A stretch of DNA of 64,000 nucleotides from an uncultured Bifidobacterium sp. GTDB lineage: Bacteria; Verrucomicrobiota; Verrucomicrobiia; Limisphaerales; JADLHS01. Location: positions 13,432 to 77,431 of the forward strand of contig CAZQNQ010000005.1 in NCBI GenBank assembly GCA_964594985.1, read 5' to 3'. The position numbers were made by a program, and so were the translations under genes. This document shows, piece by piece, positions 18,217 through 27,549 of the stretch (position 1 is the stretch's first letter; every line of letters starts with the position of its first letter). The notes beneath the pieces were generated by a model. That model ran no database searches. It saw only the letters and a list, made by a program, of their open reading frames with translations, and was not told the origin of the DNA.

Positions 18217-19488
18217 TCATTGGTAGCCCTTGGGGAACGGGTCGGGTTCAATCAGTTCCGATTCATAGAGCACCTTGGCCTGGCCGTCAGTCTGCCATTG
18301 ACCGATGCGCAGCTTGCTCCAGAGATGGTGGTTCTTGTCGTGAACGCGCACGTAGCCTTCGGGCGCTTCCTTGAATTCCACGCCGGACGAGGCGGCGGCC
18401 ACCTTGTCAATGTCGAAGCTGCCGCACTTTTCCACGGTCAACTTCCACAACCACGGGCCGAGATACGCCGCCTGGGTCACGTCGCCGATCACCGCCTTCT
18501 CGCCGTATTTCTTTTTGAACGCCGCGACGAACGCCTTGTTGTTCGGGTTGTCGAGCGATTGGAAATACTTCATCGCGGAGTAAAACCCGGCGAGGTTTTC
18601 CCCGCCGATGCCCAGCACTTCGTCCTCGGTCACCGAGATGGTCAGCAGGTTCCATTTGTCGCTCGTGATGCCGGCGGCCTTGAGTTGTTTGTAGAACGAG
18701 ACGTTCGAGCCGCCTACGATGATGGCGTAGATGACATCGGGTTTCTTGAGCTTGATCTTGTTGATCAACGAGCCGAACTGTGTGTGACCCAGCGCGTAGT
18801 ATTCCTCGCCGACCACCGTGCCTTTCAGAACGTTTTCAATGTGTTTGCGCGCGATCTTGTTCGACGTGCGCGGCCAGATGTAATCCGAGCCGATCAGGTA
18901 ATACGTCTTGGCCTTCTTCTCCTTCGCCATCCAGTCGAGGCCGGCGATGATCTGCTGCGTGGCTTCCTGGCCGGTGTAAATCACGTTCTTGGATTCTTCC
19001 AGGCCTTCGTAGAACGTCGGGTAATAAAGCATCCCGTTCTCCTTCTCGAACACCGGCAGCACCGCTTTGCGCGAGGCGGAAGTCCAGCAGCCCATCACCG
19101 CCGCGACCTTGTCGTTCACGAGCAGCTTCTTGGCTTTTTCCGCGAAGGTCGGCCAATCGCTGGCGCCGTCTTCCACGATGATCTTGATCTTGCGACCCAG
19201 CACGCCGCCCGCCGCGTTGATCTGTTCGATGGCCAGTTGTTCGGCCTGGATGGAGCCGGTCTCGCTGATGGCCATCGTGCCGGTGGCCGAGTGCAACTGG
19301 CCGACGGTGACTTCAGTGTCAGTCACGGCGAGGCCGGTGGTGTTGACCTTGGCGGTGGGGAAATCAGCGCTGGCCATCACGGACAATGGCGTTGCGGCGG
19401 CGGCCAGCATGACGGCGGCAAGGGTGGCGGAGATGCATTGCAGAAATCTTTTCCGCAGCGATTTTCGGGCTTTGTGGAGGGGTTTCAT
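18217..19488 (-). CDS. urtA: urea/short-chain amide ABC transporter substrate-binding protein
   Basis: A signal peptide is followed by VTVGQLHSATGTMAISE, INAAGGVLGRKI and GCWTSASRKAVLPVFE, which are UrtA/FmdD-like (type I PBP). Confidence 0.88.
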   Translation of the reverse strand: MKPLHKARKSLRKRFLQCISATLAAVMLAAAATPLSVMASADFPTAKVNTTGLAVTDTEVTVGQLHSATGTMAISETGSIQAEQLAIEQINAAGGVLGRKIKIIVEDGASDWPTFAEKAKKLLVNDKVAAVMGCWTSASRKAVLPVFEKENGMLYYPTFYEGLEESKNVIYTGQEATQQIIAGLDWMAKEKKAKTYYLIGSDYIWPRTSNKIARKHIENVLKGTVVGEEYYALGHTQFGSLINKIKLKKPDVIYAIIVGGSNVSFYKQLKAAGITSDKWNLLTISVTEDEVLGIGGENLAGFYSAMKYFQSLDNPNNKAFVAAFKKKYGEKAVIGDVTQAAYLGPWLWKLTVEKCGSFDIDKVAAASSGVEFKEAPEGYVRVHDKNHHLWSKLRIGQWQTDGQAKVLYESELIEPDPFPKGYQ

Positions 19489-19528
19489 TTCAGGTTCGGG
19501 GTTCAGGTTCAGTTTGGTTCAGGATCGG
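19489..19528 (-). promoter_or_regulatory. CTGAAC(C)-repeat leader immediately 5-prime of urtA
   Basis: On the coding strand, cctgaaccaaactgaacctgaaccccgaacctgaaATG has the same motif array as upstream of fmdA. Confidence 0.4.
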
Positions 19529-19539
19529 TTTGATTACGG

Positions 19540-20727
19540 TCAACTACAGAGAATCAGAGTTGGTGGCGGCGTGGGCTGAAGAGGCTCCGTTGCCCGCAAC
19601 GCCGGAAGCAGCGGCCCGTCGCCCGGTGCGCCGGGGCTTTCCAAAAAAGGGGGGCCGGGCGGCGGATATTTGCCACACAGGGCGGCCGCCCGCTGGAAAA
19701 TGTCCTCCCGGAAAACTTTCGCGATCATCTCGGGCCGCAGCACGGTTTGCGATTGTTCGCCGCCGAGCGAGCGCACCAGATCGAAGACCCAGCGGCCTTT
19801 GGCCCGCGTGGGCACCCCGGCTTTCAAGGTGTCGTAGATTACGAAATCATTCACCGCCCGCCGGCCCCGGCCGGTCTCGAACGGGCCGACCAGCGCGTTG
19901 GTCAGCAGCTCCACGCTGACGTCGAAGTATTCCGGCCGGGCGAGCATCCGCGCGAGTTCGCGGCGGTTTTCCGGCTGGTCGCAGTAACGGCCCGCCTCAA
20001 TCAGCGCGGCAATCATGCGCAGATGTTCCTCCTCGCGTTTCTCGGCGAAATCCTGCAGCACGAGCAAAACCTTCTCGGGATGCTGCGCTTCGATCTCGCT
20101 CGTGGTGGCGGCGATCCATCCGCTGTTGCTTAACGCCGCGGCGGAATTCCATGGCTCGGCAACGCAGTAACCGTCGAGATGTCCCGCGCGATAACACTCA
20201 TAAACAATGGCGGACGGCACGACGGCGACGCGCACGTCCTTGTCGGGATCAACGCCACCCGAGCGCAGCCATTTGCGGAGATTGAAGTTCTGCGAGGAGA
20301 GTTCGAGAACGACCCCAAAAGTCAGCGGCCGACCATCATTCCGTTCGCGGACGACACGCCCAAGCGACGCGGCATCACGCACCCCGAGATCCCAGAGTTC
20401 GTTGGAAAGGGTGATGGCGCTGCCATTGAAGCCGAGCAGCATGCCCGTCAGACACGGACGCCGCACCACGCCCAGCCCGCAGTAGATCGAAAACAGCATG
20501 CTGGCGTGGGCGGCGGCCGCATCCAACTCTTCGTGCAAAAGTTTTTCACGGATCGTCGCCCAGCCGACTTCGCGGGAAAGCCGCACGTCGAGACCGTGTT
20601 TCCGGAACAGTCCCAGTTCCTGCGCGGCAATCAGCATTGCGCAATCAATGGTCGTCGCAAATCCCACGTTGAGCCAGGTTCGGCGGGGGAGGTTGCGGAC
20701 CTTGGGTTTTGGTTTGGCGAACCGCAC
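19540..20727 (-). CDS. cytoplasmic NrtA/NasS-like (NMT1/SsuA-type) binding-domain protein
   Basis: LNVGFATTIDCAMLIAAQELGLFRKHGLDV, SSQNFNLRKWL and GYCVAEPWNS are NrtA/NasS-like. No signal peptide is visible. It is the first gene of the urt/fmd operon. Confidence 0.65.
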   Translation of the reverse strand: MRFAKPKPKVRNLPRRTWLNVGFATTIDCAMLIAAQELGLFRKHGLDVRLSREVGWATIREKLLHEELDAAAAHASMLFSIYCGLGVVRRPCLTGMLLGFNGSAITLSNELWDLGVRDAASLGRVVRERNDGRPLTFGVVLELSSQNFNLRKWLRSGGVDPDKDVRVAVVPSAIVYECYRAGHLDGYCVAEPWNSAAALSNSGWIAATTSEIEAQHPEKVLLVLQDFAEKREEEHLRMIAALIEAGRYCDQPENRRELARMLARPEYFDVSVELLTNALVGPFETGRGRRAVNDFVIYDTLKAGVPTRAKGRWVFDLVRSLGGEQSQTVLRPEMIAKVFREDIFQRAAALCGKYPPPGPPFLESPGAPGDGPLLPALRATEPLQPTPPPTLILCS

Positions 20728-20806
20728 GCTGCCGACTTAGCACCGGATGTACCATCGGGGCAGTGGGGCCGGGTGGAACTTGTGTTGCGGCAGATTTGCG
20801 GCTGCG

Positions 20807-20821
20807 TTGAAAATTTTTCAA
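20807..20821. promoter_or_regulatory. perfect 7-1-7 palindrome TTGAAAATTTTTCAA, candidate LysR box
   Basis: It contains T-N11-A and lies in the divergent spacer between the nasS-like gene and the LysR gene. Confidence 0.45.
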
Positions 20822-20884
20822 TGATTGAACTTCCTTCGTCACGGCGACGCGATTAGTCTCGCGGCGAACGGCGGTCTTCCCGGC

Positions 20885-21814
20885 ATGACGCTCAAGTCCA
20901 CCATAGACAGTCAGCAGCTTCGCGTGTACGTGACGCTCGCGCGCGCGCAGAGCATGAATCGCGCGGCGGAGGAATTGCACATGACCACCTCGGGCGTGAG
21001 TCATTGTCTCAAGGCGCTGGAGGGCGACCTCGGTTGCCGCTTGTTTGACCGGTCTTCGCGCAAGTTTGCGTTGTCCAAAGCGGGTCGGGAATTTCTCACC
21101 GAAGCCGAGCAAATCCTCGAGCAAATGAAGTCCATGCGCGGCAAAATCCGGGCGTGGGCGGACTGGCGACAAGGGCAGTTACGCATCGCCGCCAACGGCA
21201 TGGCGTGCCAATTCCTGCTCCCGCCAACCTTGCGTGAGTTCCGCGAAAGTTTTCCTTCCTACACCATCAAGATCGAGCAATGCCCGTCACGTGAAGCGCT
21301 CGCGATGCTCGCCGATGAACAGCTCGACCTTGCCGTGCTCACGGAACCGGCGCAGCCCTCGACCCGCGTGGAATTCAACCTGATTGGCGAGGATGACCTG
21401 CAATTCATCGTGCATCCGCTGCATCCGTGGGCCGCGAAACGCAAGGCGCAGCCGGACGACATTCCCAACCGCAAACTCATCATGCCCGAGCGCGGCGGCA
21501 ACACGTATGCGTTGATCGAATCCTACTTCCGTAGCGAAGGCATCCACATCCATCCGTTCATCGAAATCGCCAATGAACAGGCCATCATGGAGTTCGTGCG
21601 GCTCGACATGGGCGTCGGCATTTTGCCGCGCTGGCTGGTGGCGGAAGACATCGCACAGGGATCGCTCGTGGCGCTGCCGTTGGGACGGCGACGACTGAAA
21701 CGTCGCTGGGGCGTGCTGTACTCGAAGTCCCGCAAGCTCGGCCTCGCGGACAATCTGTTCCTCAACGTCGCGCGTGGGGTGTTCCGCAAACTGGCGCAGC
21801 CCGACGCGGCGTGA
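20885..21814 (+). CDS. LysR-family transcriptional regulator
   Basis: ATG 20885. The HTH is LRVYVTLARAQSMNRAAEELHMTTSGVSHCLKALE, and a LysR substrate-binding domain follows. Confidence 0.85.
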   Translation: MTLKSTIDSQQLRVYVTLARAQSMNRAAEELHMTTSGVSHCLKALEGDLGCRLFDRSSRKFALSKAGREFLTEAEQILEQMKSMRGKIRAWADWRQGQLRIAANGMACQFLLPPTLREFRESFPSYTIKIEQCPSREALAMLADEQLDLAVLTEPAQPSTRVEFNLIGEDDLQFIVHPLHPWAAKRKAQPDDIPNRKLIMPERGGNTYALIESYFRSEGIHIHPFIEIANEQAIMEFVRLDMGVGILPRWLVAEDIAQGSLVALPLGRRRLKRRWGVLYSKSRKLGLADNLFLNVARGVFRKLAQPDAA

Positions 21815-22065
21815 ATTCTTTGTTTGAGCCGGACGAAACCGTTCATTGCGGGCGGTCAAAATCAGAATTTAGTTTTTTTGGCATTCGCAAAACGTATTCA
21901 CCGGGCACAAAATGAATTCACGGTGTTCAATTCTAGCCATGACGTTCCCGGGAAATTACGTTTGAATTCTGCGGGTCCAATCGAAATCCTCACCGAAACT
22001 GATTGAAAGCCGATGGCACGAACAAGAAACCTGATGTTAGGCGGTCAAGGTCCGGGAGTTTCGGT

Positions 22066-22130
22066 TCTTAATCGTAATCTTAATCTCCCGGCCAGACAGA
22101 TTAAGATCAAGAAAGAGATTAGGATTAAGA
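22066..22130. repeat. palindromic repeat, L family
   Basis: ttcttaatcgtaatcttaatc faces gattaagatcaagaaagagattaggattaaga. Confidence 0.75.
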
Positions 22131-22151
22131 CGCCGCGAATCGCTGCCGATG

Positions 22152-22193
22152 TTTTCCATCCGTGGTTATCCGTGTCCATCCGTGGTTAAAACT
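22152..22193. repeat. W-family half element abutting the folP start
   Basis: ttttccatccgtggttatccgtgtccatccgtggttaaaac ends 3 nt before the folP ATG. Confidence 0.7.
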
Positions 22194-22195
22194 GA

Positions 22196-23035
22196 ATGCT
22201 GCTCCGCTGCCGCCAATTTGAATTCCGCTTTCCGCGTCCGGCGCTCGTCATGGGCATCGTGAACGTCACGCCAGACTCGTTTTCCGATGGCGGCCAGTTC
22301 TGTGACGTGGACGCGGCGGTGTCGCACGGCCTCGATCTGGCCCAGCAAGGCGCGGCCATCCTCGACATCGGCGGCGAATCCTCGCGTCCCGGCGCGGTGC
22401 CGGTGGGCGAACAGGAGGAATTAAACCGCGTCATCCCCGTCATCGAAGGCTTGGCGACGCGGACCCAGGTGCCGCTCTCGATTGATACGATGAAACCCGC
22501 CGTGGCCCGCGCCGCGCTGGCCGCCGGCGCGTCTCTTATCAACGACATCGCCGCGAACCGCGAAGACGACACCATGTGGCGGCTCGTGGCCGAAACCGGG
22601 GCTGGCTATGTGGCCATGCACATGCAAGGCTTACCGCAAACGATGCAGTCGCGCCCGGTTTACGATGATGTCGTGACCGAGGTGAAAGATTTTTTCCACG
22701 ACCGCATGGCCCGATTGAACGCAGTCGGAGTCGCGGCGGACCAGGTGGTGTTCGATGTCGGCATCGGGTTCGGCAAGACGTTGGAACACAATTTGCGGTT
22801 GCTCAACGCGTTGGGGAGTTTTACAACGCTGGAGCGCCCGGTATTGCTGGGAGTTTCGCGCAAATCCTTCATCGGGGCGCTGACCGGCGCGAATGTGGCG
22901 GAACGCCTGCCCGGCTCACTGGCTTGCGCGTGTCTGGCGGTGACGGCGGGCGTGCAAATAATCCGGACCCATGACGTGATCGAAACCGTCCAGGCCATCC
23001 GCCTGATGGAAGCAATTTTGGAACAACAGAAATAA
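22196..23035 (+). CDS. folP: dihydropteroate synthase
   Basis: MGIVNVTPDSFSDGG, ILDIGGESSRPGA and the GVSRKSFIG motifs. Confidence 0.9.
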   Translation: MLLRCRQFEFRFPRPALVMGIVNVTPDSFSDGGQFCDVDAAVSHGLDLAQQGAAILDIGGESSRPGAVPVGEQEELNRVIPVIEGLATRTQVPLSIDTMKPAVARAALAAGASLINDIAANREDDTMWRLVAETGAGYVAMHMQGLPQTMQSRPVYDDVVTEVKDFFHDRMARLNAVGVAADQVVFDVGIGFGKTLEHNLRLLNALGSFTTLERPVLLGVSRKSFIGALTGANVAERLPGSLACACLAVTAGVQIIRTHDVIETVQAIRLMEAILEQQK

Positions 23036-23901
23036 TGTGGCAGCTCATCCAGAACGTTTGGCGGCCCGCGCTGGAAATCTTCATCCTCGCGGTGGGCATC
23101 TACCTGGCCACGCGCTTCGTCCGCGGCACGCGTGGCTGGCCGGTCGTCATCGGCTTCACCATTCTGCTGCTGGCGACCACGTTGATCGCCGCGCTCCTGA
23201 GACTCGAAGTCCTGAGCTGGTTGCTGGGCAACGCCTCCTTCGTCCTCATCCTCGGCGCGGTCATCATCTTCCAGCCGGAAATCCGCCGCATGTTGGGCGA
23301 ACTCGGCAATCTCCCGCTCTTTTCCACCGTCCGTGAACAACGCGAGAACATCGAAGTCGTTGTCGGCACCTGCGAACGCCTCGCCGAAGTCCGCATCGGC
23401 GCGCTCATCGCCATCGAACAATCCATCCAGCTCTACGAAGCGGTCGAATCCGGCATCGTGATTGATTGCGAAGCCACGCCCGAGATGCTCGAAACCATCT
23501 TCTTTCCGAACAACGCCATCCACGACGGCGGCGTCATCCTCAAAGGCGACCGCATCGCCTACGCCGCCTGCATCTTCCCGCTCACCCAACGTTCGGACTT
23601 GAACAAATCCCTCGGCACGCGCCACCGCGCGGCGCTGGGCTTGAGCGAGGAAACCGACGCGCCCATCGTCGTCGTGTCCGAGGAAAGCGGAAATATTTCC
23701 TACGCTTACAAAGGCCAGCTCGTGCGCGGTATCAGCATCGAGGAATTGCGCTCGTTCCTCACGTCCGTCATCGTCCGTCCGACCCGCGCCCGCGGTTTGC
23801 TCGGCTGGTTGCGCCTGCGTCCGAACGAACCGCACCGCTCCGAGACCACCATCATCACCCGCAACGAGGTGCGCAATGTTCCGAATGGAGGAGGAAAATA
23901 A
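23035..23901 (+). CDS. cdaA: diadenylate cyclase (c-di-AMP synthase), membrane-anchored
   Basis: Three N-terminal TM helices precede a DAC domain (HDGGVIL, GTRHRAALGLSEETDAPIVVVSEESGNIS). The ATG overlaps the folP stop by 1 nt. Confidence 0.9.
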   Translation: MWQLIQNVWRPALEIFILAVGIYLATRFVRGTRGWPVVIGFTILLLATTLIAALLRLEVLSWLLGNASFVLILGAVIIFQPEIRRMLGELGNLPLFSTVREQRENIEVVVGTCERLAEVRIGALIAIEQSIQLYEAVESGIVIDCEATPEMLETIFFPNNAIHDGGVILKGDRIAYAACIFPLTQRSDLNKSLGTRHRAALGLSEETDAPIVVVSEESGNISYAYKGQLVRGISIEELRSFLTSVIVRPTRARGLLGWLRLRPNEPHRSETTIITRNEVRNVPNGGGK

Positions 23902-23902
23902 A

Positions 23903-24340
23903 ATGGCGGACCTCTCGCGCAACATCCTGTTCCGCAATTTCGGCTGGAAACTGCTTTCGCTCGGGTTGGCCATCGTCATCTGGCTCACCATCAAGGCGCT
24001 CAGCGCCGAGCAGGGGCAGACCGAGCGGATGTTCATCAATCTGGAAATCCGGATCGTCTCCAGCACGGCGGACGTGCGCACGTTCCGCATTGAACCCAAC
24101 ACCGTGAACGTCACGGTCAAAGGCCGCCCTGGGGCCGTCAGCCGCCTCGCCGAACGCGAAATCCGCGCCTACGTGGACCTCACTTCCGCCGACGTTACCC
24201 AAAGTTTCCGCCAACACCTGGATATCGCCGTGCCCAACGGCATCACCGTCGTGCGCTTCGAGCCAACCGAAGTGCAGGTCACGCCGCCGCCCAAGCCCCA
24301 ACCCAAGATCATCATCTCCGCGCCCAAATCCAACCCATGA
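23903..24340 (+). CDS. short YbbR/CdaR-like protein
   Basis: ATG 23903 follows a ggaggagg RBS. One TM helix is followed by a single YbbR-like repeat. Its position between cdaA and glmM matches CdaR. Confidence 0.55.
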   Translation: MADLSRNILFRNFGWKLLSLGLAIVIWLTIKALSAEQGQTERMFINLEIRIVSSTADVRTFRIEPNTVNVTVKGRPGAVSRLAEREIRAYVDLTSADVTQSFRQHLDIAVPNGITVVRFEPTEVQVTPPPKPQPKIIISAPKSNP

Positions 24341-25719
24341 GCAAGCCCAAGAAAATTTTCGGCACCGATGGCGTCCGCGGCACCGCCAACGTCGAACCCG
24401 TCACCGCCGAAACCGCCCTCAAACTCGGCCGCGCCGCCGCCCACGTCTTCAAGAACCTCGAATCCGAGGCGCGCGGCCACGGGCGCCACAAGATCGTCAT
24501 CGGTAAAGACACGCGCCTCTCCGGTTACATGCTCGAGAACGCCATCTCCTCGGGCATTCTCTCGATGGGCGTGGACGTGCTCTTCATCGGACCGCTGCCG
24601 ACACCGGGCGTTGCCTACGTCACGCGCAGTTTGCGCGCGGACGCCGGCATCGTCATCACTGCGTCGCACAATCCCTACGCGGACAATGGCATTAAATTCT
24701 TCCGTGCGGACGGCTACAAGCTCGACGATAAGATTGAAGCCAGCATCGAGAACCTCGTGTTCAGCGGCGAGATCGAGAACATCCGCCCCACCGCCGAAGA
24801 GATCGGCAAAGCGGTGCGCATTGACGACGCACTCGGACGTTACATCGAATTTGCCAAAGCCGGTTTCCCGCGCGGCATGACGCTCGAAGGCATCCGCATC
24901 GTCGTGGATTGTGCCAATGGCGCGGCCTACAAAGCCACCCCCTGCGTCCTGCGCGAACTCGGCGCGGACGTCATGGTCTTCAGCGATCAACCCAACGGCA
25001 AAAATATCAACCTGGATTGCGGCTCAATGCACCCGCAACGTCTTTGCCAGCTCGTGAAAGAATTCCGCGCCGATGTCGGCATCGCGCATGACGGCGACGC
25101 CGACCGCGTCCTCATGTGCGACGAACGCGGCGAGATGATTGACGGCGACGACATCATGGCCATCGCCACGCTCGACATGCTCGCGCAAGGAACACTGGCG
25201 GAAAAAACCCTCGTCTCCACCGTGATGAGCAACGCCGGTCTCGACGCGGCCATCAAGGCCGCCGGCGGCAAAATCATCCGCACCGGCGTGGGCGACAAGC
25301 TCGTCATTGATGAAATGCTGCGCGGCGGCTACAACTTCGGCGGCGAACAGAGCGGCCATTTGATCTTCCGCGATTTCGGCACCACCGGCGACGGCCTCGT
25401 GGCGGCGTTGCAGATGTTGCGCATCATGAAGTCGAGCGGCAAACCGTTGAGCCAGCTTGCCAAGTGCTGGGCGCGCTTCCCGCAACTCGTCACCAATGTG
25501 AAAGTGCGCGAGAAAAAACCATTCGAGCAATTGGATGGCATCCTCGGCCTCGTGGAAAAAGCCGAAGCCGACGTGAAACCCGCCGGCGGCCGCGTGTTGT
25601 TGCGTTACTCCGGCACCGAACCCAAAGCCCGCCTCCTCATCGAAGGCCCGCAGCAAGCCGTGCTGGAAAAGTGGAGCAAAGACATCTGCGATGCCATCAA
25701 GCGCCAGGTCGGGGCGTAA
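24337..25719 (+). CDS. glmM: phosphoglucosamine mutase
   Basis: FGTDGVRG, TASHNPYADNGIKFF, HDGDADR and GGEQSGH. The start overlaps the upstream stop as ATGA. Confidence 0.92.
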   Translation: MSKPKKIFGTDGVRGTANVEPVTAETALKLGRAAAHVFKNLESEARGHGRHKIVIGKDTRLSGYMLENAISSGILSMGVDVLFIGPLPTPGVAYVTRSLRADAGIVITASHNPYADNGIKFFRADGYKLDDKIEASIENLVFSGEIENIRPTAEEIGKAVRIDDALGRYIEFAKAGFPRGMTLEGIRIVVDCANGAAYKATPCVLRELGADVMVFSDQPNGKNINLDCGSMHPQRLCQLVKEFRADVGIAHDGDADRVLMCDERGEMIDGDDIMAIATLDMLAQGTLAEKTLVSTVMSNAGLDAAIKAAGGKIIRTGVGDKLVIDEMLRGGYNFGGEQSGHLIFRDFGTTGDGLVAALQMLRIMKSSGKPLSQLAKCWARFPQLVTNVKVREKKPFEQLDGILGLVEKAEADVKPAGGRVLLRYSGTEPKARLLIEGPQQAVLEKWSKDICDAIKRQVGA

Positions 25720-25728
25720 CTCCGAGCT

Positions 25729-25945
25729 TGTAGCAGCCGACGTGAGGAGGCTCAAACTTCAAGTGCGAGTTCGATGATCCGGCTAAGATGGTTTTAACGC
25801 TCGCCCTCACCCCGGCCCTCTCCCCCAAGGAGAGGGAGGACCATTCGCCGGTCATTTGAAATTTCCTGCGGCTGGATCGGTGACAGAGTCCTTCGCGGAA
25901 CTGGAATTACACCAGGCGCGTCCTCTCCTTGGGGAGAGACTTTTG
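25729..25945. repeat. EPPHVGCY-type arm plus E-family element
   Basis: tgtagcagccgacgtgaggaggctc (25729-25753), then gctcgccctcaccccggccctctcccccaaggagaggg ... tcctctccttggggagag. Confidence 0.75.
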
Positions 25946-26069
25946 TTGCTTGGGAAAGCGACAAAAGGAATTCGGCAGGGCCGAACGAGCGGGCGCGAGT
26001 GAGTCCAAACAGGTGAGGGAGGTCGTGAAAACAAACCAAAACAATTGGCCGGCGTCGGCGCGGCGATCT

Positions 26070-26117
26070 CCGCATCCGGCGGGAATGGGACAAAACTGTC
26101 AAGGCAGGGGAATCAGG
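26070..26117 (+). repeat. ~48-bp repeat, direct copy at 26938-26987
   Basis: ccgcatccggcgggaatgggacaaaactgtcaaggcaggggaatcagg resembles ccgcatccggcgggaatgggacggaactgtcaaggcagaggaatgaacgg. An inverted partner lies at ~27015-27060. Confidence 0.75.
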
Positions 26118-26469
26118 AAGAACCGGTTTGTGTGAATTGTCGCGCCAAAGCCTCGCCCGGCATTTGTCAATGTCCGTCCGTCGTCGAATCAAGCTTCCCA
26201 ACATTTGTCAGAGGAATGCTTGTCAGAGGAATAATTCCATTCCGCTGACACTTATTCTCCTGACGATTTCCCGGTCCACCCAGTCCGTGGATCTATAGCG
26301 GTTTAATTAAAACTGGAGCCGCAAAGAGGCACAAAAAGCACAAATAAAAGCAGCATTTTGAGATTTTTGTGAATTTTTGCGGCCATGGAAAAAATTAAAA
26401 TGCTCTATCACTTCATTCCTCTGTCGTTCATTCCCTTGCCTCTCCCGGGACTCATTTTATCATCGCGGC

Positions 26470-26889
26470 ATGGGGCGGACTTATTTGTTTGAATGCGCCA
26501 AATGCGGTTATCGCGCCACCGTCGCCGGCGGCGTGGCGCAAGGACCGCATCTCGTCGTGCAGACCATCCACTGCCTCGATTGCCGCGAACTGCACGATGC
26601 CGTGACGGAACTCAAAGTGCCGGCCAGCGCCCCTGAAAAACCCGCGCGCTGGAAACTCAAACCCACGCTCCTTGACGCCGGCCCGGGCGACGAGAAGCCC
26701 CCGGCCTTTGCCGTCGCGCTGAATCAACTGGTGGTGGGCAGTGGCAAACAATTCCGCTGGATCAAATACAAACCGGCTTGTCCCGTGGCCGCGCGCCATC
26801 GCATCCGTGTGTGGAAACAACCGGGCAAATGTCCGAAGTGCGGCGTCTTCCTGGACGGCGGCGGCACGCCCTTCAAGGTGTGGGATTGA
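26470..26889 (+). CDS. hypothetical zinc-ribbon protein
   Basis: ATG 26470 gives MGRTYLFECAKCGY...CLDC...CPKCG, which provides three CxxC pairs. The upstream part of the listed ORF translates repeat DNA. Confidence 0.4.
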   Translation: MGRTYLFECAKCGYRATVAGGVAQGPHLVVQTIHCLDCRELHDAVTELKVPASAPEKPARWKLKPTLLDAGPGDEKPPAFAVALNQLVVGSGKQFRWIKYKPACPVAARHRIRVWKQPGKCPKCGVFLDGGGTPFKVWD

Positions 26890-26937
26890 ACGCAGTAAGC
26901 GGAAGCTGAGAGTTGCTGGTTGAGAGATGAGCGTGTT

Positions 26938-27060
26938 CCGCATCCGGCGGGAATGGGACGGAACTGTCAAGGCAGAGGAATGAACGGCCAAGGAATCCGG
27001 GAAAGGGCTGTAGCTTGATTCCCCTGCCGATCATTCCTCTGCCTTTCCCCATCCGGCGCG
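26938..27060. repeat. inverted pair of the 48-bp repeat family
   Basis: 26938-26987 faces 27015-27060 (gattcccctgccgatcattcctctgcctttccccatccggcg). Confidence 0.7.
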
Positions 27061-27415
27061 AAGTTGCGGGGATTTTCCACCGAGCCGGGTCGGGAGACCG
27101 GCGCTCCGTTTTCCAAGCGCCAGCGGCGCGACATATTTGTAGAACCGCACCCAGACCAAAACCAAGCTCCGCTAGGAGCGGCATATTCCGCCCCGACGGG
27201 GCTTGGGAATTGTATGCCGTGGATTCTACAAAGATTCCGCTCCTGACGGAGCTTTCTGGCAAACGCCAAAACCATCCCAACGGGGTTCACGGCAAACGCC
27301 GGAGCGCCGGGCTCCGCATCGGCGCGAAGGGGTGGGAATTTTTCACCAAGCGGGGTCGGGAGACCGGCACTCCGTTTCCCCAGCGCCAGCGGCGCGACAT
27401 ATTTGTAGAACCGCA
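27048..27415 (+). repeat. two ~100-bp direct repeats (27048-27149 and 27314-27415)
   Basis: Both copies carry ggtcgggagaccggc(g/a)ctccgttt(t/c)cc(a/c)agcgccagcggcgcgacatatttgtagaaccgca. Confidence 0.8.
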
Positions 27416-27549
27416 GATCAGAGATCTGATCCAAAATCCGTCCGTTACAAAATCCGCCGCAAGATTCCCGCTCCGTTCCTTCACAAGTCCGAAGCCAACG
27501 GCAGACTTAACGACGAACAAGTTTCCCTCCCGTTCGTCCCCGCACGCGG

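Noticed and set aside
21824-22006. A 60-aa ORF in the AT-richer spacer between the LysR gene and folP.
   Set aside because: It is short and has no motif. The region looks like a promoter or spacer with several gaattc-containing repeats.
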